This document shows positions 8,557-17,992 of a stretch of 64,000 nucleotides of DNA, in pieces. The position numbers and the translations under genes are program-made. The first letter of the stretch is position 1, and the number at the start of each line of letters is the position of its first letter. The notes under the pieces were generated by a model. That model was not told where the DNA came from and searched no databases. It saw only the letters and a list, made by a program, of their open reading frames with translations. The DNA is from an uncultured Verrucomicrobiae bacterium (GTDB taxonomy: Bacteria > Verrucomicrobiota > Verrucomicrobiia > Chthoniobacterales > JAATET01): NCBI GenBank assembly GCA_963719495.1, contig CAVRCI010000010.1, positions 51,592 through 115,591 on the forward strand, given 5' to 3'.

Positions 8557-9912
8557 ATGAAAATCCTATCCTTCACCTTCGTCGGTGCCCTGGCCCTTGC
8601 CCTCACCTTCCCAGCTGTCGCCCAAGAGGAGTTCCTCGACCGTCAGACGGAAGCCTCGGCATCGCCCACGCGGAGTTATCTCGAGGGCGATTACGGCTTC
8701 GGCGATTTCGGCGGCCTGCGCACTGACTTGGAAGATCGCGGCATCAGCTTGTTCGGAGGCTACGCCGTCGAGGTCTGGGGTAATACGAGCGGCGGTCTGA
8801 AGCGCGGCACCGTCTACACGGGCCTTCTCGACTTCGGCGTCGACCTCGACTTCGGCAAGCTAGCCGGCATCGAAGGTCTCACCTTCCGTTCCAGCTGGCT
8901 CTGGCTCAGCGGACGCGACGCCTCCGAGGATCTCGTCGGCAACATCTTCACGACGAGCAACATCGCCGGCTTCAACACGCTCCGCGCTTTCGAGCTCTGG
9001 CTCGAGCAGTCCCTCCTCGACGACCGACTCTCCATCCGCGTTGGCCAGCTCTCCGCCGACGAGGAATTCATCATCTCCGACACCGCCGGCACGTTCCTGA
9101 ACGGCACTTTTGGCTGGCCCGCCCTCGCGTCCGAAGCCCTGCCCAATGGCGGACCCGCCTACCCGCTCGCCACCCTCGGCGTGCGCGTCGCCATCCACCC
9201 GACCGAATGGTTCAGCTTCCTGAGCGGTGCGTTCCAGGGCAACCCCTTCGGCGAGGACGTCAACCGCCACGGCTTCCGCTGGCGCCTCGACGACGAGAAC
9301 GGCTACACCTTCATCAACGAAGCCCAGTTTCGTTGGAACGAAGTCGCTCTACCGGGAACCGTCAAATTCGGCGGATTCGCCAACACGGAGTTCTTCGAGC
9401 GATCCAACGGCTCCGGCGAAGAAGTCTACGGCAACTTCGGCTTCTACGGCATTGCCGACCAGGCACTCTACCGCGAACCCGGCACGCCCGTCCCAGCAGC
9501 CGTCACGAGCAAGGACGCCAAGTCCTTCAAGGAGCCTGTCTCCGTCATCGAACCGTCGAATCAGGGCCTCAACGCCTTCGTCCGCGCCGGATTCACCCCG
9601 CAGGACCGCAACTTCATCGGCTTCTACCTCGACACCGGCTTCGCCTACACCGGCCTCATCCCCACCCGCGACAACGACGTCTTCGGCGTCGCTCTCGGCT
9701 ACGCCGACCTCTCCGACGATGCCGCCCAAGCCACCTTCGACGAAGGATCCCGCAAAGTCGGCTACGAGATCGTGATCGAGGCCACCTACGACATCGAAGT
9801 CACCCCCTGGCTCCATGTCCAACCCGACGCCCAATACGTCATCCGCCCCGGCGCGACCGGAGACCTGGGCAACGCTTTCGTCCTCGGAGGCCGCGCCTCG
9901 ATCGTCTTCTAA
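8557..9912 (+). CDS. OprB family carbohydrate-selective porin
   Basis: Signal peptide at ATG 8557, GDFGGLRTDLEDRGI, ELWLEQ, RVGQLSADEEF, EATY, VQPDAQYVIRPG, C-terminal F. Confidence 0.92.
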   Translation: MKILSFTFVGALALALTFPAVAQEEFLDRQTEASASPTRSYLEGDYGFGDFGGLRTDLEDRGISLFGGYAVEVWGNTSGGLKRGTVYTGLLDFGVDLDFGKLAGIEGLTFRSSWLWLSGRDASEDLVGNIFTTSNIAGFNTLRAFELWLEQSLLDDRLSIRVGQLSADEEFIISDTAGTFLNGTFGWPALASEALPNGGPAYPLATLGVRVAIHPTEWFSFLSGAFQGNPFGEDVNRHGFRWRLDDENGYTFINEAQFRWNEVALPGTVKFGGFANTEFFERSNGSGEEVYGNFGFYGIADQALYREPGTPVPAAVTSKDAKSFKEPVSVIEPSNQGLNAFVRAGFTPQDRNFIGFYLDTGFAYTGLIPTRDNDVFGVALGYADLSDDAAQATFDEGSRKVGYEIVIEATYDIEVTPWLHVQPDAQYVIRPGATGDLGNAFVLGGRASIVF

Positions 9913-9917
9913 AAAAG

Positions 9918-10080
9918 GGTAGGGCAGCCGCGCCGCCGGGTGCCCACTTCCGGTCACCGAGTCGCGGCCGCCAACCAGAAAACGTCCAATACTCCGCGGA
10001 CGACTCCGCAAAAAGACGCCGAAACGCCAGACTCCCGTCCAACGTAGAAGCAACGGAACGCGCGGCGCGCCTTCCCTACC
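9918..10080. repeat. Inverted pair of GTAG-type REP sequences between convergent oprB and ppk1
   Basis: ggtagggcagccgcgccg ... cgcggcgcgccttccctacc; another copy at ~38653-38678. Confidence 0.65.
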
Positions 10081-10098
10081 CTCGAAACGAAGCGGCGG

Positions 10099-12177
10099 CT
10101 AGCCGCCCGACTCGGCGACCAACGCCGCCCTCGCCCGGCGTCGCCGCTGCGCTTCGGCCAGGAATTCCTCCTGCGCGTCGAACCGCGGCTCGTCCGTGAC
10201 CCGCGGGACGTAGATTCCGTCCGGCTGCATCACCCGCGCCTTCACGTTGTCGCGCCAGAACCAATCGAGAATTTCGTCGACGTGCTCGCGCACTCCAGGG
10301 GTCGTCAGCGGAAAAACCGTCTCGACCCGCTTGAATAAATTCCGCTGCATCCAGTCCGCGCTCCCCAGATAGATCGTCGGCTCGCCCCCGTTTTCAAATC
10401 GAAAAACCCGGCTGTGCTCGAGGAAGCGCCCCACGATGCTCCGCACCTCGATATTCTCGCTCACGCCCTTGACCCCGGGCCGCAGCGCGCACATCCCGCG
10501 CACCAAGAGCCGCACCTTCACGCCCGCCGCGCTCGCCCGGTAGAGCGCCTCGATCACGCCCTCCTCGATCAGCGAATTGATTTTCGCGTAGATCCCCGCC
10601 GGTTTCCCCGCGGCGGCGTTCCGCGCCTCCGCGTCGATCATTTCGACGAACCGGCTCTGGAGGTTGAACGGAGCGACCAGCAATTCGTTCATTCCCTGAA
10701 ATTTCGAGACCCCCGTCAGCAGATTGAACAACTCGGCCAGATCGTCCGTCACCTCCTCGCGGCACGTCAGCATCCCGATGTCGGTGTAGATGCGCGCCGT
10801 CGACGGGTGGTAATTTCCCGTCCCGAGGTGCGCGTAGCGCCTGATCCCGTCGCCCTCGCTCCGGACCACCAGCAGCGCCTTCGAGTGAGTTTTCAGCCCG
10901 GCCACACCGTAGACGACGTCGACCCCAGCCTCGCGCATCATCCGCGCCCACTTGATGTTCGCCGCCTCGTCGAACCGCGCCTTCAGCTCGATGACGACCG
11001 TCACTTGCTTGCCGTTCCCCGCGGCCTCGATAAGCGACTGCACGATCGGCGAATCCGAACTCGTCCGATAAAGCGTCTGCTTGATCGCCAGCACGTGCGG
11101 GTCCTCCGCCGCCTGGGCGAGGAAGTCCACGACCGTCTGAAAGCTGTCGTAAGGGTGGTGCAACAGGATGTCGCCCTTCCGCAGATGATAAAAAACGTCC
11201 GCGTCGGCATCGAGCGCCACAACGGTGTTCGGCGAAAATCGCTTATACCGCAGGTCCGGCCGATCGATTTGCAGGGCCAGGGGCATCAACCGCACGAGAT
11301 TCAGCGGACCGTCGATTCGGAAAACGTCCTCGTCCTCGAGGTTGAACAACTCGATGAGCCGCCCGACCACGTGCTCCGGGCAGTCGTCCATCACCTCGAG
11401 CCGCACCGCCGCGCCGCGATTCACCTTCCGCAGCTCGGTCTCGATGGCGTGAAGAAGATTTTGAACCTCCTCTTCGTCGAAATAGAGGTTGCTGTTGCGC
11501 GTGATCCGGAAGAGGTGCGCGCCCTTCACTTTCACGCCCTTGAACAACGCCCCGACGTGCTCCTGGATGATGTTGCCCAGAAAAACGTAATGGTCCGCTT
11601 TCCCGTCCGGAAACGGCACCACGCGCGGCAGAATCCGCGGCACCTGAACGACCGCGATGTCGGTGTTGAGGTTTTCGCCCTCGAGTTCGACGACCACGTT
11701 CAGGCTTTTGTTGAGGAGCTGCGGAAACGGATGGACCGGGTCGATCGCCAGCGGCGTCAGCACCGGGTAGACGGTTTTCCGGAAGAATTCCTCGAAAAAC
11801 TTCGCCTCGTCCTCCGACACGTCCGGGTAGTGATGAAACGCCACGCCCTGCCGCTCGAGCTCGGGCTGCAATTGCTCGCGCCAGATCCGGTATTGGTCGT
11901 CGACCATCCGCCGCACCCGGTCGCTGATCCGCTCCAGCGCCGCCGTCGCCGACAACCCGTCCAGCCCGGCATCGTGCGAATGCATTTGCCGCTGCTGCTT
12001 GAGGCCCGCCACGCGGACTTCGAAAAATTCGTCGAGATTCGAACTGACGATGCAGAGGAACTTTAGCCGCTCGAGCAACGGATTCGACGGATCCGCCGCC
12101 AGATCGACGACTCGCTGATTGAATTCCAGCCAGCTCAGCTCGCGGTTGAAATAGTTCTGAGGGTCCCGGAAATCCAT
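10099..12177 (-). CDS. ppk1: Polyphosphate kinase 1
   Basis: YFNRELSWLEFNQRV, SSNLDEFFEVRVAGL, LLHHPYDSF, ELKARFDE, LKTHSK, GRFLEHSR; ATG at 12177. Confidence 0.97.
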   Translation of the reverse strand: MDFRDPQNYFNRELSWLEFNQRVVDLAADPSNPLLERLKFLCIVSSNLDEFFEVRVAGLKQQRQMHSHDAGLDGLSATAALERISDRVRRMVDDQYRIWREQLQPELERQGVAFHHYPDVSEDEAKFFEEFFRKTVYPVLTPLAIDPVHPFPQLLNKSLNVVVELEGENLNTDIAVVQVPRILPRVVPFPDGKADHYVFLGNIIQEHVGALFKGVKVKGAHLFRITRNSNLYFDEEEVQNLLHAIETELRKVNRGAAVRLEVMDDCPEHVVGRLIELFNLEDEDVFRIDGPLNLVRLMPLALQIDRPDLRYKRFSPNTVVALDADADVFYHLRKGDILLHHPYDSFQTVVDFLAQAAEDPHVLAIKQTLYRTSSDSPIVQSLIEAAGNGKQVTVVIELKARFDEAANIKWARMMREAGVDVVYGVAGLKTHSKALLVVRSEGDGIRRYAHLGTGNYHPSTARIYTDIGMLTCREEVTDDLAELFNLLTGVSKFQGMNELLVAPFNLQSRFVEMIDAEARNAAAGKPAGIYAKINSLIEEGVIEALYRASAAGVKVRLLVRGMCALRPGVKGVSENIEVRSIVGRFLEHSRVFRFENGGEPTIYLGSADWMQRNLFKRVETVFPLTTPGVREHVDEILDWFWRDNVKARVMQPDGIYVPRVTDEPRFDAQEEFLAEAQRRRRARAALVAESGG

Positions 12178-12241
12178 AAATGCCCGCCCCGAAGGCGCGA
12201 ACCGGAACTCTAATCGAAAATCCGTAATCGAAAATCGAAAA

Positions 12242-12682
12242 TCACACCGCAATGTCCTCGTTCCACAGCTCGGGCCGATCCGCGATGAATGCCCGCATCA
12301 TCGCCACGCACTCCTCGTCGCCGAGCACCTCCAGCTCCACGCCCTCACGCCGCAACCAATCCTCGGCCCCCACGAACGTCGTGTTCTCCGCGATCACGAT
12401 TTTCGGGATCTTGTAGAGCAGCGACGTCCCGCTGCACATCGGGCACGGCGACAGCGTCGTGTAGAGCACACATTCGCGGTAGACCGAAGCGGGCTGCCGC
12501 CCCGCCGCCTTGAACGCACTCATCTCCCCATGCAGCAGCGGATCACCGAGCTGAACCCGCATGTTGTGACCCCGTCCGATGATTTTGCCGTCGTGCACGA
12601 TCACCGACCCGATCGGAATCCCCCCCTCCGCCAATCCAGCCTTCGCTTCGTCGATCGCCGCCTGCATAAATTCATCGCGCAT
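12242..12682 (-). CDS. Cytosine/nucleoside deaminase (FCY1-like)
   Basis: EGGIPIGSV, HGE and PCPMC zinc motifs, RPELWNEDI. Confidence 0.9.
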   Translation of the reverse strand: MRDEFMQAAIDEAKAGLAEGGIPIGSVIVHDGKIIGRGHNMRVQLGDPLLHGEMSAFKAAGRQPASVYRECVLYTTLSPCPMCSGTSLLYKIPKIVIAENTTFVGAEDWLRREGVELEVLGDEECVAMMRAFIADRPELWNEDIAV

Positions 12683-12756
12683 GGTCCAATCCTACATCGC
12701 CGCCGCCGCAAAATCCCATTTCTCATTCCACATTTCTAATTTCTAATTTCCCCCCA

Positions 12757-13050
12757 ATGAAGCCCCTCCCACCCGAGACCCACAACGCCGCCTGGATCGG
12801 CGACGCCGTCCTCTCGCTCGTCATCCGCCGCTGGATTCTCGATCAAACCGGCCGCACCGACGGCACCCAACTCACCGCCGCCACCAGCAATCAATTCCTC
12901 GCCCTCTTCGGCAACCCCACCGAGGTCGAAGCCACCATCGGCCGCGTTTACGAAACGGAAGGCCTGACCGCCGCCGCCACCTGGATCGAAACCCACCTCC
13001 TCCCCACCCACCTCGCCCAAAGAAAACGCCAAATCCGCCAACGCCACTAA
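12757..13050 (+). CDS. Very small RNase III-domain (Mini-III-like) protein
   Basis: AAWIGDAVLSL and EVEATIGRVY resemble the RNase III signature segments; no dsRBD. Confidence 0.65.
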   Translation: MKPLPPETHNAAWIGDAVLSLVIRRWILDQTGRTDGTQLTAATSNQFLALFGNPTEVEATIGRVYETEGLTAAATWIETHLLPTHLAQRKRQIRQRH

Positions 13051-13466
13051 ACCAACGAGAACCAGCCAAGCCCCGCGGCCGCCACCCCTCCAAAACCTGT
13101 CATTCTGAGCGAAGCGAAGAGCCATCGACCACCGTTCACTTCTGCTAAGGCTCCAAAACGGCAATCTCTGGCAGACACCCCCCACCGCACCGCCCACTCA
13201 ACCCAGCGGCCTGCCAAACCACTCAACGCCAAAAAACGCGCAAAACCACCTCTCGACGAACGACCACTCCCCGCAAACCACTGCCCGGGTGTGATCGAAA
13301 GCGCGTCCTGATCGGAAGAAAAATCTAGTGAACGCCAACAACGTCTGACCGAGGGGACGGCAGGAGGCTGGTGACGAGTGCATGGGAGATCGCCACGGTC
13401 CAAGGCCTCGCAGCATCGGGTCTCCCGCCTCATCCAAACGCCCCCCCAATTCCCGCGGAGTCGACT

Positions 13467-13496
13467 GATAAAACGTAACGGCCGTTACGTTTTATC
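13467..13496. repeat. Perfect 30-bp palindrome
   Basis: GATAAAACGTAACGG|CCGTTACGTTTTATC. Confidence 0.95.
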
Positions 13497-13630
13497 GGGA
13501 GCGGATTCATTCGTTCATTCGTTCGCTCGCCACTCCCCGTCCGCCCCCCCCCCCGGATCCGCGGCCTTCCGACGGGCAAGCTCCGGCTCGCGAGTAGTAG
13601 TAAAGCCCGGCCTCTTCCGAGGACCTCGCC

Positions 13631-13688
13631 ACCAATCCATAACCTGTAAAATGTGATGACCGTCACATTTTACAGGTAATGGATTGGT
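13631..13688. repeat. 26-bp inverted repeat (1 mismatch) with 6-nt loop
   Basis: accaatccataacctgtaaaatgtga-tgaccg-tcacattttacaggtaatggattggt. Confidence 0.95.
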
Positions 13689-13922
13689 TGGGGCGCTCTG
13701 CCGCCAACTCCGAGGGTAGCCGGAGACTCGCTTCTCCGCGCGGGTGGCATCATGGCCACCCGAGGGTGGCTTTACTCGCGGCTCGACGCGGGCTGGCTCG
13801 TTGATCCCAATCTCACTGGCACCTTTGGGCTCAGCCTCGGACGCACTTTCAATCACACCCCCACTCCCCACCCCACCGAAATCGTATTTTACAATCCCCC
13901 ACCTTCCGCCTTTCTTCGACCC

Positions 13923-15068
13923 ATGCCCATTCGCGCGACCCTCACCGCCGCTTTCCTGCTGCTCGCCACCCTGCTCACCGGCCAGGCCAAGGAGATGCGG
14001 GCCGCCTGGGTCGCCTCGGTCTACAACATCAATTTCCCATCGAAGCCCGGTCTCAGCGCCTCCGCCCAGCGAGCCGAAATCGCCCGCATCTGCGAAGTCG
14101 CACAGCGCTGCAAGCTCAACGCCCTCATGGTGCAGGTGCGCCCCGAAAGCGACGCGCTCTACGAATCCCGCTACGAGCCGTGGAGCCGCTTCCTCACCGG
14201 CGTCCAGGGTAAGAACCCCGGCTACGACCCGCTCGAGACGTTCATCATCGAAGGCCGCAAGCGCGGCATCGACATCCACGCCTGGATCAATCCCTACCGC
14301 GCCGCCACCTCCGCCAGCGGCCTCAGCTCAAGCCACCCCTCCCGCGGCAACCTCGCCAATCAGACGCGCAAACTGAAGAAAATGCTCTGGCTCGACCCGA
14401 CCGAGCCCGCCGTGCAGGAGCACGTCATCCGCGTCGTCGAAGACATCGTGAAGCGCTACCCCGTCGCCGGCGTCCACCTCGACGACTACTTCTTCCCCTA
14501 CCCCGAGACCTACTCCGGCAGCTTCCCCGACTCGTCCTCCTACCAAAGATACCAGGACGAAGGCGGCCGACTCGGCCGCGGCGACTGGCGGCGCGCCAAC
14601 GTGAATTCCCTCGTCCGCCGCCTCGGTGAGACCGTTCGCCGCGCCCGCCGCGGAGCCCAATTCGGCATCAGCCCGTTCGGCATTTACACGAAGGGCCAAC
14701 CTTCCGACGTGAAGGCCGGACTCGACGCCCTCAACCAGATCTACTGCGATCCCGTCGCCTGGATGCGCGAAGGCTGGGTCGACTACCTCGCCCCCCAGCT
14801 CTATTGGGACGACGGAGGCCCCCAATCCTTCAGCTCGCTCCTGCGCTGGTGGCGCAACCCGGACGTCAACCCCAAGGGCATCCCGATCATCCCCGGCATC
14901 GCCGTCGACCGCCTCACGAGCAAAGGCCGCCCGGCCAGCCAGATCGCCCGCCAGCTCGACCTCACGAAATCCGTTGGCCCGCGCGCGGGAGTCGGCTTCA
15001 TCCTCTGGGATTTCGACCCTTTGCTCAAGGACACCAAAGGCGTCCGTGACATCGTCGCCGACTATTAG
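13923..15068 (+). CDS. Glycoside hydrolase family 10-like (DUF187/YddW-type) protein
   Basis: Signal peptide from ATG 13923, EMRAAWVASVYNINFP, VQVRPESDALY, GYDPL, HAWINPYR, GVHLDDYF, DYLAPQLYW. Confidence 0.9.
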   Translation: MPIRATLTAAFLLLATLLTGQAKEMRAAWVASVYNINFPSKPGLSASAQRAEIARICEVAQRCKLNALMVQVRPESDALYESRYEPWSRFLTGVQGKNPGYDPLETFIIEGRKRGIDIHAWINPYRAATSASGLSSSHPSRGNLANQTRKLKKMLWLDPTEPAVQEHVIRVVEDIVKRYPVAGVHLDDYFFPYPETYSGSFPDSSSYQRYQDEGGRLGRGDWRRANVNSLVRRLGETVRRARRGAQFGISPFGIYTKGQPSDVKAGLDALNQIYCDPVAWMREGWVDYLAPQLYWDDGGPQSFSSLLRWWRNPDVNPKGIPIIPGIAVDRLTSKGRPASQIARQLDLTKSVGPRAGVGFILWDFDPLLKDTKGVRDIVADY

Positions 15069-15134
15069 CCTGGAAGCAGATTAGACCACCATTCCGTGCT
15101 TCGCCCGGTCGAGACCAGCCGTCACAGACCGGGC

Positions 15135-15971
15135 CTACAGCGACTCCAGAGGCTCGGGCGTCGGCGGCGGGTTCAGCGGGATCGTCGGCTCGACCCGATA
15201 CTGACCGAGCCGACGGAGGTAGGCCTTCTCCAGCACGTCGCTGCGCTCCCGCAGTTCCGGATCGATCGAGACGATCTTGGTGAAAAGCATGCGGTAGTAT
15301 TCCCGGAGTGCCGCCCGTTTGTCTTCGTCTGTCCGCGCGACTTCCGACCGTTCCTTCATCCCCCGGATGGCCTGGTCCTTGAGCGCCTGCAGTTTCACCT
15401 GCTGGTAGCGCTGCTTCATCTTCCGCTCCTTCTCGAACTCGTTCTCCTTCACCACCGGCGGCGGCGGGGCCAGATCCACGGGGTAATCTTCGGTCGGATA
15501 ATCCGCCGGAGCGTCCGTCGGGTAATCCGGTGCCGCGTAGACGTCGTCCGGAATGAGCGTGCTCGGGTCGGGCATCTCGTCCATCGGGATCATCGGCAGG
15601 TCGTCTTCCAGAGGCGGCAGATCCGCCGAAAGATCGTCGATGCCTCGCTCGGACGCCACGGGTTCGTTGGGCGTCCCGGGGCCAGCCGCCGCCTCCGCCG
15701 CCAGTTCGTCCCGCTCCCGCGTCACTTCCTCACCATCCCGGGCCAGATCGGCGGCCTGCTCCTCGCTCGCGCCGTCGTCCATCTCGTCCATGCCATCGGT
15801 CATGCTCGTGTCGGCCTGCTCGATCAATTCCCGCGTCGTCGGCCGGTCGGATTCACCGGGCGGCACGACGACCGTGCTGACGCCCGTCCCCCGCCGTTGG
15901 GCCATCGCCGAGTGGTTCGGCAACAGCAGACCGACGCCGATCAGGAAAAAAAAAGTGGATCGAATCTTCAT
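15135..15971 (-). CDS. Hypothetical secreted acidic/Pro-rich protein with C-terminal helical domain
   Basis: Signal peptide MKIRSTFFFLIGVGLLLP, low-complexity D/E/P middle, helical C-terminus. Confidence 0.7.
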   Translation of the reverse strand: MKIRSTFFFLIGVGLLLPNHSAMAQRRGTGVSTVVVPPGESDRPTTRELIEQADTSMTDGMDEMDDGASEEQAADLARDGEEVTRERDELAAEAAAGPGTPNEPVASERGIDDLSADLPPLEDDLPMIPMDEMPDPSTLIPDDVYAAPDYPTDAPADYPTEDYPVDLAPPPPVVKENEFEKERKMKQRYQQVKLQALKDQAIRGMKERSEVARTDEDKRAALREYYRMLFTKIVSIDPELRERSDVLEKAYLRRLGQYRVEPTIPLNPPPTPEPLESL

Positions 15972-16063
15972 GCGGGACGACCGACCGGTCGGCAGTCCGA
16001 CCGTCGGAACTTGCAAAGCAAACAGGTTTATTTTCCTTTGGCAAGTCGCACCCGGCCACCGCC

Positions 16064-17290
16064 ATGACCCGCCTCGCTCCCACCTTCGCCCCGCTCGCCA
16101 TCGACGCCCAGCCGGCCGAACTCGCCGCTCGGCTCGCCCGCCCCGGGACCGTCTTCCTCGACAGCTCGCTCGCCAAATCGTCGGCTCATTCCCTGATCGG
16201 CTGCGACCCCGACCTCGTGCTCACGGGCACCGCCGACGAGTGGTCCCGGCTCGCCGCCGAGCTCGCCCGCCGACAACGCGAAACCACGGACTCGGGACTC
16301 CCCGAAGGTGCCGCGGTCGGCTGGTTTGCGTTCGACGGCAGCTTCACCTTCGGCTTCTACGAAAACCTCCTCGCCTACGACCACACCAGCGACACCTGGC
16401 AGCTGCGCGGCAGATTTCCGACCACCGCCGAACCGCCAACCCGCCGTCCGACGATCTCGTTCGAACCCGAGCTCTCCCGCGACCAATTCTGCAAAATGGT
16501 CCGCCGGGCCCAGGGCTACATCGCCGCCGGCGACATCTATCAAGTCTGCCTCTCCCACCGGTTTTCCTCCGCTTTCGCGGGCGACGCCTGGCCATTCTAC
16601 GAGGCCCTCCGTCACTACTCCCCGGCTCCCCACGCGGCCTACCTCGACCTCGCGGGCACCACCGTCCTTTCCGCCTCGCCGGAGACCTTCCTCCACCTTA
16701 GCGGCAGCCGCATCGTGACCCGCCCCATCAAAGGCACCCGGCCCCGCCGCGCGGAGCGGGACGGCGACGAACGCTCGGCCTACGACCTGATCACCTCCCC
16801 CAAGGAAGTCGCCGAGCTCGTGATGATCACCGACCTCGAGCGCAACGACCTCGGCCGCGTCTGCGAATACGGAACGGTCGAAGTCACCGATCTCCTCCAC
16901 CTCGAGCGCTTCGAGCAAGTCTTCCACCTCGTCTCCACCGTCCAGGGCCAGCTCCGACCCGACGTCTCCCACCTCGACGCCGTCGCGGCGTGCTTCCCCG
17001 GCGGCTCGATTTCCGGAGCCCCCAAACGCCGCGCGCTGGAAATCATCGCCGAACTCGAACCCACCCCCCGCGGCCTCTACACCGGTGTCATCGGCTACTT
17101 CGGCTTCAACGGCGAGTCCCAGTTCAACGTCGCGATCCGCACCGCCGTCCTCGAAGGCGACCACGCCCACTTCCACGTCGGAGCCGGCATCGTCGCGGAC
17201 TCCGACCCCGCCAGCGAATGGCAGGAAACCCTGGACAAAGCCGCCGGCCTCCTCCTAGCCGCCAAAAACTGCCGAAACGACCAAGGCTGA
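16064..17290 (+). CDS. pabB: Aminodeoxychorismate synthase component I (chorismate-binding family)
   Basis: YIAAGDIYQV, SASPETFL, TRPIKGTRPR, ELVMITDLERNDLG, FPGGSISGAPK, NVAIRT, GAGIVADS. Confidence 0.88.
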   Translation: MTRLAPTFAPLAIDAQPAELAARLARPGTVFLDSSLAKSSAHSLIGCDPDLVLTGTADEWSRLAAELARRQRETTDSGLPEGAAVGWFAFDGSFTFGFYENLLAYDHTSDTWQLRGRFPTTAEPPTRRPTISFEPELSRDQFCKMVRRAQGYIAAGDIYQVCLSHRFSSAFAGDAWPFYEALRHYSPAPHAAYLDLAGTTVLSASPETFLHLSGSRIVTRPIKGTRPRRAERDGDERSAYDLITSPKEVAELVMITDLERNDLGRVCEYGTVEVTDLLHLERFEQVFHLVSTVQGQLRPDVSHLDAVAACFPGGSISGAPKRRALEIIAELEPTPRGLYTGVIGYFGFNGESQFNVAIRTAVLEGDHAHFHVGAGIVADSDPASEWQETLDKAAGLLLAAKNCRNDQG

Positions 17291-17315
17291 AAGGCGCCCC
17301 CACCCACACCCCGCT

Positions 17316-17342
17316 GTCATCCTGAGCGAAGCGAAGGATCTC
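17316..17342. repeat. GTCAT-type REP-like repeat (GTCATYCTGAGCGAAGCGAAG)
   Basis: Second copy at ~13099-13122. Confidence 0.7.
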
Positions 17343-17389
17343 TGGCTAGTCACCTCACCGTATTTATCAGCAGTCCGAGCCGCTCGCCC

Positions 17390-17992
17390 CTACCGCCGAG
17401 CCAAATCCGACGACATCGCCAATAAAGCCTGCCTCAACCCGTCGTTCCACCCGGCGACGAGCGCCTCCGGCGTCCGCCGCTCGATCGGCACTTCCTGCGC
17501 GTAGGTATTCGAAGAGACCAGCACCGCCTTCCCTCCGTCGTTCCGGAAGACCCGCACCTCGAGCTTCAGCATCGCCCGGGGCGCGATGCTCTTGAAATCG
17601 CCGTAGAGCTCACTCACCGTCGCCCGGATCCGCCAATCCTGACCGCTCGGATCCCCCGCCACCGCGACGCTGCCGTAGAGAGCGCTCTCGGCCACCCACT
17701 TCCGAACGATCTCGGTCATCATCTGCGACGGCGCGACGAGAAAGCCATTGTAGGGATCGTTCTCCCACTGGTAAGCGGAGATCTCGTAGGCAAATCCACT
17801 GCCCGAATACGGCAGCGCCACGTCGACGTAATTCACCGCGACCGAGCCACCCGTCCGCATCGCCGCGAACGAAGGCGGCTCGCCCGGATTCAGCAAAAAT
17901 TGCTTGGGGGCCACGCGCGAAAGCCCCGCGCATCCGGCCATCCCCACCACGACCAATCCGAGGGCCAGAAATTTCATCGTCTTCATCATCAT
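17390..17992 (-). CDS. ABC transport auxiliary lipoprotein (PqiC-like)
   Basis: Lipobox MAGC, YNGFLVAPSQMM, ELYGDF, last gene of the mlaE-F-D operon. Confidence 0.82.
   Translation of the reverse strand: MMMKTMKFLALGLVVVGMAGCAGLSRVAPKQFLLNPGEPPSFAAMRTGGSVAVNYVDVALPYSGSGFAYEISAYQWENDPYNGFLVAPSQMMTEIVRKWVAESALYGSVAVAGDPSGQDWRIRATVSELYGDFKSIAPRAMLKLEVRVFRNDGGKAVLVSSNTYAQEVPIERRTPEALVAGWNDGLRQALLAMSSDLARR

Noticed and set aside
13198..13900. Short ORFs in the hairpin region as real genes
   Set aside because: No recognisable domains or host-like codon pattern; a decayed gene cannot be excluded
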